Positions 1 through 14,896 of a DNA stretch of 64,000 bases are shown in pieces. This DNA is from Podarcis cretensis (Eukaryota): contig OX638150.1 in NCBI GenBank assembly GCA_951804945.1, forward strand, positions 44,392,001-44,456,000, in the 5' to 3' direction. The notes beneath the pieces are model-generated. The model ran no database searches, had not been told where the DNA came from, and worked only from the letters and a program-made list of their open reading frames with translations. How positions within the stretch are numbered: the stretch's first letter is position 1; the number at the start of each line of letters is the position of its first letter. A program made the translations under genes and the position numbers.

Positions 1-651
1 TCTCAGCCTGAGCCTCCTTCTTATAAAATCATTAATTTTGCCTTGGGGCTCTCCGCAGATGGCTATGCAGCCAAATATCAAATTGATTTTAACAGTTCCT
101 CCCACATTCTTTTTGAGTAATTAATTCTTTCTTGGTGAGGTTCACTAAAGTAGCAAATGAGAAATAAAAGAGAAAGTCGCTCACCCCACTTAAATCAAAG
201 CACAGTGATGAATGTCCATTTCAAGTCCACACCTTGGCATCCAATGATTGTTTCGTTTAGCAGGTCTTTTTTATCTCCTTTTTTCCAGAACACGCCCGTT
301 TCTTAGTCCAAATTTTAATGATTTTAGGAAACAGGGATCTCCCGCTCATGGCGATGACATTAGAGCATTGCCAACTCATGCAGTGCTTGCACCCAGCATC
401 CCTGCTCCCGCATTCTGTAGCGAGCAGCGGTTATCGGACAAACTGCGGGTGACGGCCAGTCCACCCCTATCCTGGGGCGGGGGTCGGCAGGGCCAATTAC
501 CCCCATATTAACCCTGAAAACCTGCACGATTGGGGTCCAGTATTCTGGGAAAGCAGCCAACGGCCATGGCAGAAAACTGGAAGCTGGTTTGTGTTTTTAT
601 ATTGTAAACTACCCTGTGATCTTTGAATGAAGGGCAGTGTAGAAATAATAA

Positions 652-661
652 TAATAATAAT

Positions 662-707
<46 letters not shown>
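652..707. repeat. (AAT)n microsatellite at the tail of an L2-like 3' end
   Basis: Direct reading; preceded by ttgtaaactaccctg..gaagggcagtgtagaaat. Confidence 0.9.
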
Positions 708-708
<1 letters not shown>

Positions 709-1249
709 TATTTTGATGGAGAAGACACACTGTTTCTGACTTTCCACAAGCCTGGGTACCTCATTACCTCATAGAGCTGCCTCAAGATTCTGTCGACAAT
801 TTCTTAGGATGCCAATAAAATTATAAGTGTGTTTGGGTGTAGGCTATAAAGCTATAATTGGACAAATCTAGCTTTTTTCAAACCATGACAAAATATCCAT
901 TGAAAATCAGAGTCTACAATCTTGAGGGGTGAAATACAAGAATTCCACAGGGATAATGAAGAACTTACTGGAATGAAAAAAGAGGGTGGGTTGATGCAGA
1001 GATATCCCATTTATCATATGAAAAGAAAAGTAGGGATTTCCTGAATTCTCAGAAGCATCATACATCATGTCTGGAGTTCTGAACTGAGTCTCAAACTTTT
1101 ATCAATAAATGAAGTTACAGTGATTTAGAATCAAGAACTTTCTGACCTATACTGGAAAAGAACTTTCCTGCTTAGCAGCCTCAGCAATTGGTCCATTTCA
1201 TAAGGCAGAGTAGCCAGCCTGGTGCCATCCAGATTTGTGGACCACTGTA

Positions 1250-1487
1250 ACACCCACACCATGCAGTTAGAGCACTGTTCACTTGAAGAGTCATGGCTCC
1301 CCCCGCTAAAAAAACAAACAAACAAAAAAACCCCTGAGAACTGTAGTTTGTTAAGGAATTCTAACTCTGTGAGGGATGGCCTAACAACTCTAAGCACCCT
1401 TAACAAACCACAGTTCCAAGGATTCTTTGAGGGAAGCCATGATAGTTAAAGTGGTATAAGAATGCTTTTAATGTGTGGTGTGAATGT
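1250..1487. mobile_element. Palindromic MITE (related copy at ~52447-52620)
   Basis: gaactgtagtttgttaagg / ccttaacaaaccacagttc inverted arms shared between the two copies. Confidence 0.7.
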
Positions 1488-3977
1488 AACCTACAACTCC
1501 AATCATCCCTGATCATTTGCTATGTTGGGACTGATGGGAATTTGAGTCATAAGCACCAAAATGTCACCAGGTTGGCTATCCCTATCGTAGAGCTCCTGAT
1601 TTCCTTTGCTCCCACATGGAACAAGGAAGTCAAAGGGAAGAAACAAGCAGAGACTTCTTAGTATTGGGGAACCTCACACCTGTGTCATGTGTCTGCGGTT
1701 CAGCTGAAAATTGGATGCGCACAGTGTGTAGTAGTGATTGATTCAGAGCACGTTGGACAGGATTTGAATGTCTTAATCGCTTCCAAGGGTAACTAGTTCT
1801 AAAGGTACAGATTTATATTCATTTTCCCTCCTAGGAATAATTTTAGGAGCTTGGACCAAGGTGTAGTAGAAGAGGAAAGAACAATCTAATAGATTGCCAC
1901 TTCTGTTGTTTGTTCATGTTATAGCTCTATTAACACACATGGCAATCTGAAGGCTTATCCATACTTCCTCTTGTCCTGCTGCCTTCTTCATGGGGAAACC
2001 ACTCTTTAGTGGATTTCCCCCAGATTGCCATTTGTTCTGTTTATTGAAAAAGAGTAGGTGTTCCCTTGGAAAGGAGCGGGTCAAGGGGAAACCACTCAGA
2101 CTCATGCCTAGAAAGAGCAGGTCAAGCGGAAAAGCACTCAGCCCTGTGCTTTCTAGGCAGAGTCATAGCTACAGGGGAGCTAGCCAGGTTTTTGCATAGG
2201 GTAAAGGCTCCAGAGAGGGGCACTATTGAGGCTCCCAGGTGAAATAAAGCCTAGTTTCACCCTGTTTCTAGGCACAGGACAAGCAGAAGTGCAGATGAGC
2301 CCTAAGCTGCAATCCAGTCCACTTGGCTGAAGGGGAGGTTGGATGAGGCAGAGGTGAGGCTATGTCCAACCCTGCCAGCAGAGATGTTTCACCGCTGTAG
2401 AGTACTGTACCTCAATGTGCCTGCACAAATGGCAGTCAGGCAGAAGCTACCACCAGCAATATCACCACTGGTTGTAGTCAGGGTAAACCCCATAACAGGG
2501 AAAGGTCAGAGTGAGTCCAGCAAGGGATCTGCTGGATCCTGAACTAGCCCTGCTGCCATCACATGATGCCAATGGGCCCAATCTGGGCCTCTTCACTATG
2601 CCAGCTTGGGAGTTGGCATAGCAATAGGGCATTTTTTCTTTGCCACTCCCTTTCTGGCTGGAGTGAGTGGTGGGGCTGTGTGGATGTGGTGGTGGCCATG
2701 TCATTTGGTTAAGCCCTGCCACTGCAACCCATGAAGAAAAAACAATCCTTCAGCCCCAGTGATCTTACCATTTAAATTGTGGTTAGAAAAACGGGGAGTT
2801 GGGGGGTGAAGTGGAGGCAAGTGTAACAAGGTCTTCTGAGTATGCAAGCAGGTGAAGTTTCATATGCATTTGCAGTGGGAGGAATGCAACATAGCACTAA
2901 GGAAATTGCTTCATCAGGGCAAGCATTGCTGCCTGATGGAACGTCCTCTCTCCTCCCCTATTGTGCTGTCCTGAGGGTTCTCTCAGTACCCACCCTCCAA
3001 GCCAATTTGGGGGTTATGTGGAGGGAGAAGAGCAGGAAAGCCCCGTAGCAGTTGGGGTTGTCCTTGTGCAGGCTTCTGCTAGTGAACAGTTAGTTGCCTA
3101 GTATCTTTATCCCAAAATTCATCAAAGCCAGAAATCTTGACGTTCAAGGGCAGTTTTTCTGCAGTGCTCTGCACTCCATCATTCAGCATCAGGCTCTTGT
3201 GATGCATGAGAAAAAAATTATTAATGCAACCTTATCTCATATTTTCTATCTACAAACCACAAGGATGGTAGGAGATTCCACAGCAACCCAAAGGTTACCA
3301 GATTAGTGCAGTCAGCCTTTCTCCTGGAATAGCCACCTTATTTCCTCCCTACCTGCATGCCTTGCACCCATTTTCCAGCTCTTCCGTGCATCTGCAACTT
3401 TCTTCTATAGTTTTTGGCTCTCTGCATGAACCTAGGAACGTGCTGTGGCCTCCTCAAAAGTGCTTGCACTCATGCACTGGGGTCTCAGGGTTGCTGTCTC
3501 CGGTCATGCCCAGGTGAGATTTAATCTGGAGGTTTTTCAGCCTCTTTTCCCAGATCACACACCTGTAACAGCATGTTATTCTTACATTTTTTTCCATCCT
3601 GAGGTGATGGGCAAAGCAGCCTGAATACAGTGTGGGCATTTGAAACCTTCAGTTCTCGCCTGAGGCCGCAATGCTTCGCTTACGGACCCCGCCATATGTC
3701 CTTTTTATTCATGATTATTTGTTGTCATGATGGTACTGCGAGTTCCTCTGTAGCCGTCTCAGGTGAAGGTAGTCTTACAGTTCTAGCATATCTCTTAAGT
3801 AGCTAGACATAGAACAAGCTTAGGGAAGAACTGAGGCTGAAATCCTGGAATGGTGACTAAGGTTTCTAGTCAGGTGTCACATATGCAGCACGTGGCACTG
3901 AGCCAGTGCCATCACATGGAAAGGCAAGCTCCAGCAGTGTTGTGAACTTGTGACTAAGGCAAGCCTATGTCCCTGTA

Positions 3978-4340
3978 GGGACGCGGGTGGCGCTGTGGGT
4001 AAAACCTCAGTGCCTAGGACTTGCCGATCGTATGGTCGGCGGTTCGAATCCCCGCGGCGGGGTGAGCTCCCGTCTTTTGGTCCCAGCTCCTGCCCACCTA
4101 GCAGTTCGAAAGCACCCTTAAGTGCAAGTAGATAAATAGGTACCGCTTTATAGCGGGAAGGTAAAGGGCGTTTCCGTGTGCTGCGCTGGTGCTGGCTCGC
4201 CAGAGCAGCTTCGTCACGCTGGCCACGTGACCCGGAAGTGTCTTCGGACAGCGCTGGCCCCCGGCCTCTTAAGTGAGATGAGTGCACAACCCTAGAGTCG
4301 GACACGACTGGCCCGTATGGGCAGGGGTACCTTTACCTTT
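3978..4340 (+). mobile_element. Sauria-type SINE, full length
   Basis: tRNA-like head (A box GGTGGCGCTGTGGG, B box GGTTCGAATCC), (ACCTTT)n tail, TSD tatgtccctgta. Confidence 0.9.
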
Positions 4341-6327
4341 ATGTCCCTGTAAGGCAAGCCTATGTACCTGGGTTGTGTAGCAGGGTGAAAGTGTAATTGT
4401 CTCTAAGGCCTGCCATAGCTCCCTCTTCCAGATATCCCATTTTTAAAAATATCTTAACACAATGGAACTTGGCCCTGTACCTGCAGGACTGAAGAATGGG
4501 AGCTGACAATTCACCTTGCAATAGATTAGCGTTTATTCTACTGATCCAACATGCACATGCTTATGTACTCAGCCTTGGAGCTCTGACAAAGACAGTGCTT
4601 CTGCTTCAAAAACAATAAGGGCAGCAAGAGCTATGGAAGAGAATATGGGTTGCACTACTAGAGATGATGGGTATCTGACAAATTTATCAGAGATTTGGGG
4701 CTCCTGGAGACCATGGGTCTCATTTTCTTTTATAATCTTCTGACAATTGCCACCATAGAAGAGTGTTGGAATAGAATTAATGTCTGACATAACTGGCGTT
4801 TTATAAGTCAGTGCAAACAACTTTACAGTGACATTGTTGGTGGTTGTGTTTCCCAGTCATTTATTACTCTGATGGAACTTGCCACCCTCTACTGCAGTTT
4901 TCCTTTCCTCTCTTTCTTATGCATTCTATATCACTGGTGATCTGGTTTGTTCTTCTCTCATCTCTCATCAGTTTCATTAAAATTTTCATCAGCATATAGA
5001 AAATGTTTTTGAGCCAATCATGCCAGCTTCAATTAAATGTACAAGGGTCTGTATTGTTTTTCAGCTGTGTTGCTGTCATCTGACTGTATAAACTGCTCCG
5101 TAGTCCACCACGTTATGTTTATTCATACTATTGCATCAGTAGCAGCCACACCAGTATGTTAAGCAACTAGATTCTGGATTGTAAACTCATTTCATAGCCA
5201 CTGTTCTAGACTTGAACTTGGGATCACCGGAGGAGTGTCAAGATAATTGCTATTACCCCACCTAGGTCCAAAAAAAATTGTGCCGATGAGAGCTTGGCCT
5301 CCCCCACCACTATTGCTATCTGTATTTGGACAAAAGAATGATCACCTTGATAGGGAAAGTTAGTAGAGCTTCATGAAACAATAGTTTTTATTTGTACTAG
5401 CTTAGAGATAAGGACTGAGAATTGTTAAACAGTGCCCCAGACCTAAACAGCCTAATTAGCTTCCCATGTCATGTGGTGAGGCATGCAACCTGATCCCACA
5501 TATGTTTATTTGGAACCAAGTCGCACTTAAAATCCTAACCATGCCTACTATAAAATATGTCCTATTGAATCAGTGGTGCTTAATCTCAGTTAGGTGGGGT
5601 TAGGATTGCAGCCTTTGTCCCTACTAAGCATGCTTAGGTATGAAGACTTGATATTTCAATCAAACTCCTCTTCATTTTCATTCCTTAGTCAGGATTTGTG
5701 TAACCATTGGAATTTGACGCCTCAATTTTTATGTCAGTGGAAATTAGGAGTATATAAATCCAAGTAAGCACATCAAGAAATGGATGCTGAATGAAAGACC
5801 GAAAAGTTTTAAAGAATAAGGATATGTAAATTTAGGGTAAAGATTAAGCCTTGAATAAAAACCAAGTATAATCTGAATGTGAGTAAGCTCCACATAAGAG
5901 ATGAATAAGATTTTTTGAAGTGCCTTTGGCTGCTGCCCTTTGCCCTGAGGTGGTTTTTTGTGTTTGTTGTTTGTTTTTGAATGAGCAAGGGCAGACAGGT
6001 TTGTTTTCTTTGTAAGAAATGCTTTGTCCAGTGATGCTGGAAACTTCCCAGGTTTCCAACTGAGCTGGCATGAAGGATTTTCTCAACACCAAGGCTTTGA
6101 TCTTGTTTAGCCTAAGATCTGTAGCTAAACAGTTGTAGCACATTACTACCCTGTGTTTCAAGGCAGCCGCCAAAGAAGGGTGCAGGAAAAACCTATTTGT
6201 TTCAGAAACTTCCCTGAACAGAGCCAGCATGTGGTATTGGGTTCGTTTGGGGTTTATGTTGTGTGTTCTCTTTCTTAATGTTACTCACTTTCCTTGTCTC
6301 TTCCCTTTCACTGCCACTTCACAACAG

Positions 6328-6339
6328 GAGCAGCACACG
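6328..6339 (+). CDS. CACNA1A: Alternative microexon e24a (12 nt; adds SSTR to the IIIS3-S4 linker)
   Basis: Pyrimidine tract then acaacag|GAGCAGCACACG|gtaaagt. Phase 2/2; with the first A of exon 25 it reads S-S-T-R, the known Cav2.1 e24a peptide. Confidence 0.9.
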
Positions 6340-6349
6340 GTAAAGTCTT

Positions 6350-6357
6350 TCTGTCTG

Positions 6358-6424
<67 letters not shown>
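6350..6424. repeat. (CT)n/(CTTT)n microsatellite directly after the e24a donor
   Basis: Direct reading. Confidence 0.9.
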
Positions 6425-8799
6425 CACTCACTCTCTGGTACACATTCTATTTATCTATGTTATCTTGGCTATGCATCACTTTGGCTAATGTGGTTGGAAG
6501 GGAAGACATTTTAGAGCTCCTTTCGTCTCTCCAAACATCAGTCATTCAGTTGGTACTGTTGTAGGTTGCATCACTGAGTTGGGATCATTGTATTTTACTG
6601 TCAGGATTTCACTTTCTGGGACTCTGCAATGGCCATGATGTGCACTGAACAGAACATTCTACTGCAACCTGCTTGAAATATATTGAAATCCTACTTGTGC
6701 CAGGAACTCATGATATGCTAATGTTGTCAAGGATGAAGGACAAGGATGGTGATTAGAAATAACATCAGCTTTAAAAAGAAAGCCCCCACGTGCTAGAGAC
6801 TTTGGGAACATCCAACTGCACTGAGCAGTCATAGGACAGGGTGCTACTTCCTAGAGGCCTGTTGTCATCTACACACAACAGCAACAAAAACGGCCCTGGG
6901 GCATATGCTTGGGAGTTGTTTTTTTTTTTTTAAAAAAAAATCTAGCCTCCCTTGTGCTTTTGTTCTGTCAAGGAGGGAGTTGGAGAGCATAGTTTGCTTG
7001 GCTGTAAAGCCTGGGGCTCACTGTTGTTCGAAGGAAAGTCTTCTGGTGAATAGAGATATAATGCAAATAAGCAGGGCATTCTCACAACTATGGAAATATG
7101 TTATGCCCAAACAGACAATCCTCCTCTCTCTTTGTTCTGCAGGCTAGCTATTTTCAGTAATGTTAAACATTTATGCTGGGAAATGACAATGTTTGGGAAT
7201 GTCATGGCCAGAGAATGCTAATAGGATCAAGCTGGAATATGTCACTACTAGGCACCCGTTTTGCATTTTCTGGCATCTAAAACTGTCATTTTATTAAAAG
7301 TGTCATGAGAGATTATCTAGCTGTCAGAACTCGGAGGTCTCTAGCTAGAACTCTTCCCCTTTGTGTCTGACTTTTGGAAGGATTATAATCGGGAGCTCTT
7401 CTCCAAGTGGCTTTGTTGGCTCTCCATTGAATATATGTTCACTCAAAAGTTTGAAAACCATCTCTCCAGCAGTGCATTTCTGAGAAAAGGTTTTGCCACT
7501 CTCTTTATAGTATGAGGCTATTCACATGTGTTGAATCAGAAGTGTAAAAGAAAGAGTGCTCCTCGCACAAGTGTATATTAGATAGCAGGGCCTGTGAAGC
7601 AGCTGTAGTTATAATAGCTCTCTTGCAATACAGTCATGTTGCTTAAATGTTTCCTTAAATTATAACTATAATTTATTATATAGATGTCTCAAATAAACCC
7701 ACTATTAGAAAAGCTGTGTTGTAGTGGACTTGCAGTGGTTTATTGTAGACATATACAAGTTTCTCTTACTACCCTAGCTGGTAAAAATACAACAACATTA
7801 ATAAATTAAATAGCTAACAATTTGCTGCATATTAACGATTTCCAAAATCAGCTGCCCTGCTCTGCCTAATGGTGGGGCTGGCTTTCAGTGGCTTCTTGTA
7901 GAAGATGAGAAGAGATTATGTATTTCTCCAAACTAGGAATCGATTCCAGGAATGTGTCCTTGTCGTCTTCTTTTTCACTTTTTCACCCAATAAGAAAAAT
8001 TGACAAGGTGGAGCTAAATGGGACTGAAGAACTTTAGCATATTGCTACTCTCACCTTTGCATGTGTGTTGTGCACTGAAGGCAGAGATGGAATTCTATCT
8101 TACTGCTGGAGAGAAGGTTCTAGGTTATCTGGATGCAAACAGAATGTGAGCCAGTGGATAGGTTAAGGAAAAGCATATTGAACAGTCATCCAACGACGGG
8201 ACTACTTCAGAATAAACTTTTAATTCTCCCCATACCAAAAATTCTCTGGGATTGGAAAACTAATGTGTAATGGAGAAGGATAGGCTAGAACAATTCTCAT
8301 AGATGTGCAAGCATTCTCACTGGGGTGCTGGCTTTCAACATACAAGAATTTTTGTCATGAAATATGCCATGCCACCCATCTGCATTCTGAAGTACAGTAG
8401 TACAGTCCCAGGAAGGCTTTACTACATGATATAATAACAGCTACAACTACTACTACAACAACAACAACCAAAGCACGGAGTATGTTTGAATATGTGTTTT
8501 TTTATGCCTCAGGGCTATAAAGATTCTGTAGGTGTACTTTGTATTCTTTCAATTTGTAGCAGGTCTGTAAGGGGCTTCCCACATTTCTGTGTTCTGTTGG
8601 TTCTGTATAAGTTATCTGCATAAAGCTAGTATATGTTTCTAACAGCATCAACATATTCTGCTTCGCTTCGGCATGGGTTCCTGAAGCAGCACAGTGAGAG
8701 CATTAATTCAGGCTGCAACTTCTTCCTTTGTTATTTTCCCCATTCTTAGGAGAATCCTGTTTTAAAATGCCCCCCTTCATTTGATATGATGTACACACA

Positions 8800-9158
8800 G
8801 TGTGGGTGGCGCTGTGGGTTAAACCACAGAGCCTAGGACTTGCCGATCAGAAGGTCGGCGGTTCGAATCCCTGTGACGGGGTGAGCTCTCGTTGCTCAGT
8901 CCCTGATCCTGCCCACCTAGCAGTTCGAAAGCATGTCAAAGTGCAAGTAGATAAATAGGTACCGCTCTGGCGGGAAGGTAAACGGTGTTTCCGAGCGCTG
9001 CTCTGGTTCACCAGAAGCGGCTTAGTCATGCTGGCCACATGACCTGGAATCTGTACGCCGGCTCCCTCGGCCAATAAAGCGAGATGAGCGCCACAACCCC
9101 AGAGTCAGTCACGACTGGACCTAATGGTCAGGGGTCCCTTTACCTTTTACCTTTACCT
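8800..9158 (+). mobile_element. Sauria-type SINE
   Basis: Homologous to 3978-4340; ACCTTT tail; TSD tacacaca. Confidence 0.9.
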
Positions 9159-9896
9159 TACACACAAATGCATAGCCAGTTATGATCTGAGAAATGTAAA
9201 CCTTAGTAAGGCTGTAATGATTCTTGGCATTGTATGTGTGTACACTTTACAAAACTGGGAGAAGACAACTTTAGTAGCACAGGAGATGAGGGGAAACTAA
9301 TATAGGGTAGCATAAAAACAGGCAGGATAACTTGACTGGCAAGGTTTGAACTTTAAAGGAAATTGAAACTGAGTTGAGAACTGCTGTTGAATACTTTAGT
9401 GCTGTGTATCAGCTGGTATCAATGAGTTCCATTGCCTTGTAACACTCCAGTACACCTCACAGCACCTTCTATGCTTTATCAGTGAATCTGGTAACAACAG
9501 TTAAAAAATACATCCAGCAATACTTGAACCCCCTTTGAAAATGTTGCTTCTAGACCAGGCTATTTTCTTTTTTGAGGAGCACATGCCTTGGGACGGAGCA
9601 TTCCAACTTCTTAGCACCTTGAGGAATTCTTCACAAGGGATCTAAATCCTATGGTGCTGGTGAACAGAAAGGGTATGAGCTGAAAGGGTACCAATACAGA
9701 TGAAGTGATGGGTGGAATCAAAAGCATATAAAAAAGGGTAAAGCAGCTTAAGGAATGGAAAGAATGGAGTGGTAACTGGAAAAGGTAGATGCGACTGTTA
9801 CAACAGAACCTTAAAAGTAGTATGGATGACAAAAAGGGTAGCGGATAGCATGAGTATATATCTCCCTTTGGCAGTCCTCTGTCTAGAACAGTGTAA

Positions 9897-10064
<168 letters not shown>

Positions 10065-11580
10065 TAGCAGCAAAAAAAGATGGAGATGTACATTGATGGA
10101 ACTATATAATCATTGTTGTTTTGGGGGGATGTAAATCAACAGTTTAATAAAGAAAATGTGGGTGTGGTTAGAGTGAGAAGAAGGTTGGACCCAGCCTTCA
10201 GACCCTTTCATGCATGAGATCTAGTGAAACAAAGGGAGGGGTTTCTCTATTTTCTCTCCATAGGCATCTCTCAGTGTCATTTGAATTGGATCATAGTTAG
10301 GGATGGAGGAAGAATCCACCCTACCCTTATACAATCCAGACAGATCATGCATGACCTGGATCATCTTCAGAATCCACAGTCCAGTGAATTCCATTATGAG
10401 GGGATCTGCAGGTTCTGTGCTGCCTCCAACCCCTCTCTGAACTTCCCTCCCTTTAAAATTCATGTAAACATTGGGGCAGCCATTTCCCCCCATACAGTTC
10501 TCTCTGGGAGTGACAGAATGATATCAAGTACTGTTGCTCCCAGGGAGTCTTGCTCTATGCATATTGGAAGCAAGGAGCACCCCCATGCTAGCTGTTTAGG
10601 CTCCGGGTGGTTGCATACACTATTCCTGAAGCTATAAATAGAAAAATGGGTGGGGCGGGGGGGACTGGAGAGAGTATGCAACCATCAGACTGCCTTATAA
10701 GTACTTTAACGTGTGTTTCTAGGTGCATTTTAAATAATTTTCCATTTAAAATCTGCCTGGAAAGGGGATGGGATGAATTTAGTCCCATCACCTGTGAGAA
10801 CTGGGATGGACCAGACTTTAATGGGTCCATCTATACCTAAGCATAGTTGTGCCTGTTTTCCAACCATAATTCTGCAAAATGAGGATAACATTTCATGCAT
10901 CTGATTAAGTGGACTCTAATCCATGAAGATTTATGTAATAAATAAGAGAGCTAGACTCTCTCTTGGTACAATAGACTAACAAAGCTTTATCTATAAGTAG
11001 CAAAAAAGATGGAATCCTCTTTGTGGGGACAAGTTATTGCTCTGTTCTGGAGGAACTTGAAATTATTTTTGGATGGGCTGAGGATTTTCAAGAAATAGGT
11101 ACTTCTGTGGTTATGCAGACAGCTTGGGACTTGGCTTCCTCAGAAGTTGCCTGCTCCCACAGTGATTTCTCAGCCCTTGAGAGACTCTGCTTTCATATAG
11201 GCAGCTGCAAGAGAGAGAGGTGGTGGAAGCAAGATAGTGGAGTATCCTCTGTGGGAATCCACTGGATTTCTATCTGTTTTTAAAGGACTTTTGAATATTT
11301 CTACTTACTTATTTTAATAAATGTTTCACATCAAATTGAATTGCTGTGTTCTGCAATTTTATGGTCTGCAGCTCTTAAAATAGTTTTTATTCATTTGTTT
11401 AGTGCTGATATTTTAGTGCTGCATACAATTGTTAATTTAGCTTGATTTTATATTTGGTGTTGTATGTCCTTTTTTTTTGCAAGCTGATTTGGAGTTTTCT
11501 TTAAGCCACTTCGGTTGGGTGGATATACATTATAATAAGTTATCTAGCAAACCCTTACCAGAACCCTGTGTTCTTTCTAG

Positions 11581-11790
<210 letters not shown>

Positions 11791-12458
11791 TGACACCATT
11801 CCCATTCTAACATTTTCTAAGAACTTTTATGTCTCTTCTTTAGAGTTATAGACTCAAAACCCAAATAAGGTTGGAGCTTGCAGGTTGCATTTCTCATGTT
11901 GCGTTTCCTGCTACATCAGTGAATGAATTCTAATGAATTCTAATGCTGTAGTTCCTGGTTTATATTTTGCTGTGTACTTGTTAGTATTGTTTGTTATGCT
12001 GATTTTATATCTCACCATTAAGTAAGTATAATCAAGAATAATAATACAAATAACCCAGATCCATAGTGAAATCACAGCATAGCTCAGTTATTATCTTACT
12101 AATAACACAGCCAAATCTTAAACTGGTGTACATCAGTGTCAGTCAAGTTAATGAAGTAACTGTGGTTTATACAGATCAGACCTATTAAGAGCTATTGTGT
12201 TGGAGCTAAGTGAATCAGCTCCACTTAAGCACCCTGAAATGAGGCTGTTATACCACCTAAAGTGTGATCATTAACTATCTGGATTAACTTTTGTGTGATA
12301 ACATGAATAAAAGGTTCAGACACTCCTTATATTCACACAGAGACTGAAGCTCCAATCACTGGCAAAGCAACCATTTGCACCATAACATATCCTTGCTAAA
12401 TTGCCCACTTCATTGTTGTAGCATGTCCCTGAATGTTTCTCTTGATCTCCTTCATCAG

Positions 12459-12596
12459 GGGAGAGTACTTAGTCTATGAGAAGGATGACGTGAAGGCTGA
12501 GAAACGAGAATGGAAGAAATATGAGTTCCATTATGACAACGTGTTGTGGGCGCTCCTTACTCTTTTCACTGTATCTACAGGAGAAGGCTGGCCAGA
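12459..12596 (+). CDS. CACNA1A: Exon 27 (domain III pore loop, selectivity-filter TGEGW)
   Basis: catcag|G..GA|gtaagt, 138 nt; [45 protein letters not shown]. Confidence 0.97.
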
Positions 12597-14461
12597 GTAA
12601 GTGATTCAGGAAAATGAGTGTCTGTTACTATGCTAGGCTGCTGGGTATCTGGTTGGCCTCTGCTAGAAACTAGATTGGTCCCTAGACAGAACTAGTCTAG
12701 CCTTTTTGGATTAGCTTCATCACTAAGACACTTTTGTCACATAGAAGTCCAGGCTTATCAGCCATAGTTTGCCCTTGCCATATAAAAAAAAAAGCCACTG
12801 AATGAGGCAAAATGTAATTAAGATTGGGGCTTGTGATTCATGAACTTTACCATTGTGGGCATGCACATAGGTATTTGTTTACCTGTGCATATGTCCTATT
12901 TTTATTTAAAAAAATGTTTTGTCTGTGGAATAGTGCAAGAGCGGTTGTACACAAAACAGCTGTTTTAGAAAATTAAACTAAAGTGGACATGCCTCCAGCT
13001 AGATTGTGCTCAGACAACAAGCAAATGGTAAGAGGGGATGTGGAAATAAATAGCACTGAGAAAAATAGCTTTACCCATGTTAAAACAACAACAAACCAGC
13101 CACACAATGCACTTCAGTGGGTTACATGCTATTTTATGCCAGATTTCCCACCTCCATTACTACATTATCAATAGATTGGGAAATGCAAATTAAATGGGGG
13201 GGGGCTGCCATTGGGATGATGATATGTAGATAACATGAAAACCTTAAAAACATAGGTTGCATCAAATTCACTGTAAAATGCCCTATACATAACCCCTTTT
13301 CCAGAGAAACAATTTCTCTTGTGACCTATAACTGTGATCAGCTTACCGTAGACCTCCAGTGCCAACATCCCACATTAATATAGCAGTGCCATTCGTACGA
13401 GATTTAGAGGCAGATGTCCAGGGCTCAATTCAGAAGGATATTTTAAACCACATTTTAAAATCAGAGAAATAATACACGTTACCATCTAAAAGCCTTGCCC
13501 CTCCATAAGGTAACGTCTAGAGTTTAAAATCACCTATATCCAGCATTGTGCAAATAGCAGGGGTTGCTTCTAGTGCCCTAGAAGAATTGTTACAAAGACA
13601 GGTCTTTCTTTAAAATGGAAAGAATCAGCAATCCCTAAGATTTAAAACTGGCTATTAACAAACTGGATAACTTACTGCATATAACACTAATGTCTCACAG
13701 CAAATGTAACTGATCTGTAGAATACAGAACCTGAAAAAAGAGATAATGAATGTACTTTTGTAAACTAAGAAAATATTTAATAAAAATTGTTTTTAAAAAA
13801 TAATCTGGGGAACTGCTGTGATGGATGGTAGGGGTAATACAGTATATTAAGATGAGAGAGCCCAGAGCATACATATACCAGCTATTTTCAAACAAAATGG
13901 AGTTCATGAATTTCTGAGAGATACATGCACAGACAAATGGTTTTGTAATTGCAGAAGAATGTTTGGAATGTAATGTTTTATGTTTCAGACTAATCTCTGG
14001 TTCTGGAAAGTCTAACGTTTTGTTTTGTTGACTTACAGATTTGTAAATATAATTTTTGTTAATTAAAAAAACAGAATTGTTAGAAGGTGTCTCCATTTCA
14101 AAAGTACCAGTGCTTGCATTGACAACCACATGGGAAAGAGAACCAGAACAAATGACTGCATCTTCCTCTTCCTCTATGCACCCAAGAGGAAGAGGTAAGT
14201 GCTGCCTTCCCATCCATCTCTTTCCCACTTGCTATGAATTTTGCCAGCTGCCATCTCAGACCTTGAGCTTAGTAAGATTCATCTCACTGTGTGATGAGAA
14301 TCTCAAAAGCTACAAAAGACTTTACAGACACTTTGATGTGATTACAGCTGATTTGGGATTTTAAATAGTCCATGTCAGAAAAACCTTCATGGAGCAGACT
14401 ATCCCAAATCTTCTTAAATTTTGAGTATTAGGAACCTATCTCAGAAATCATAGGGTTTTAG

Positions 14462-14896
<435 letters not shown>

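Noticed and set aside
497-730. Poly-Leu/Ile ORF and the other short ORFs of the six-frame track
   Set aside because: They arise from microsatellites, transposon remnants, antisense or off-frame exon overlaps and chance; no independent gene is supported.
3978-4060. tRNA-like A and B boxes (also near 8800 and 61335)
   Set aside because: These are SINE heads, not tRNA genes.
7143-7156. Pyrimidine tract plus ctgcag, 14 nt, then gtaatg
   Set aside because: Weak donor, frameshifting, no supporting motif cluster; such pseudo-exons are common.
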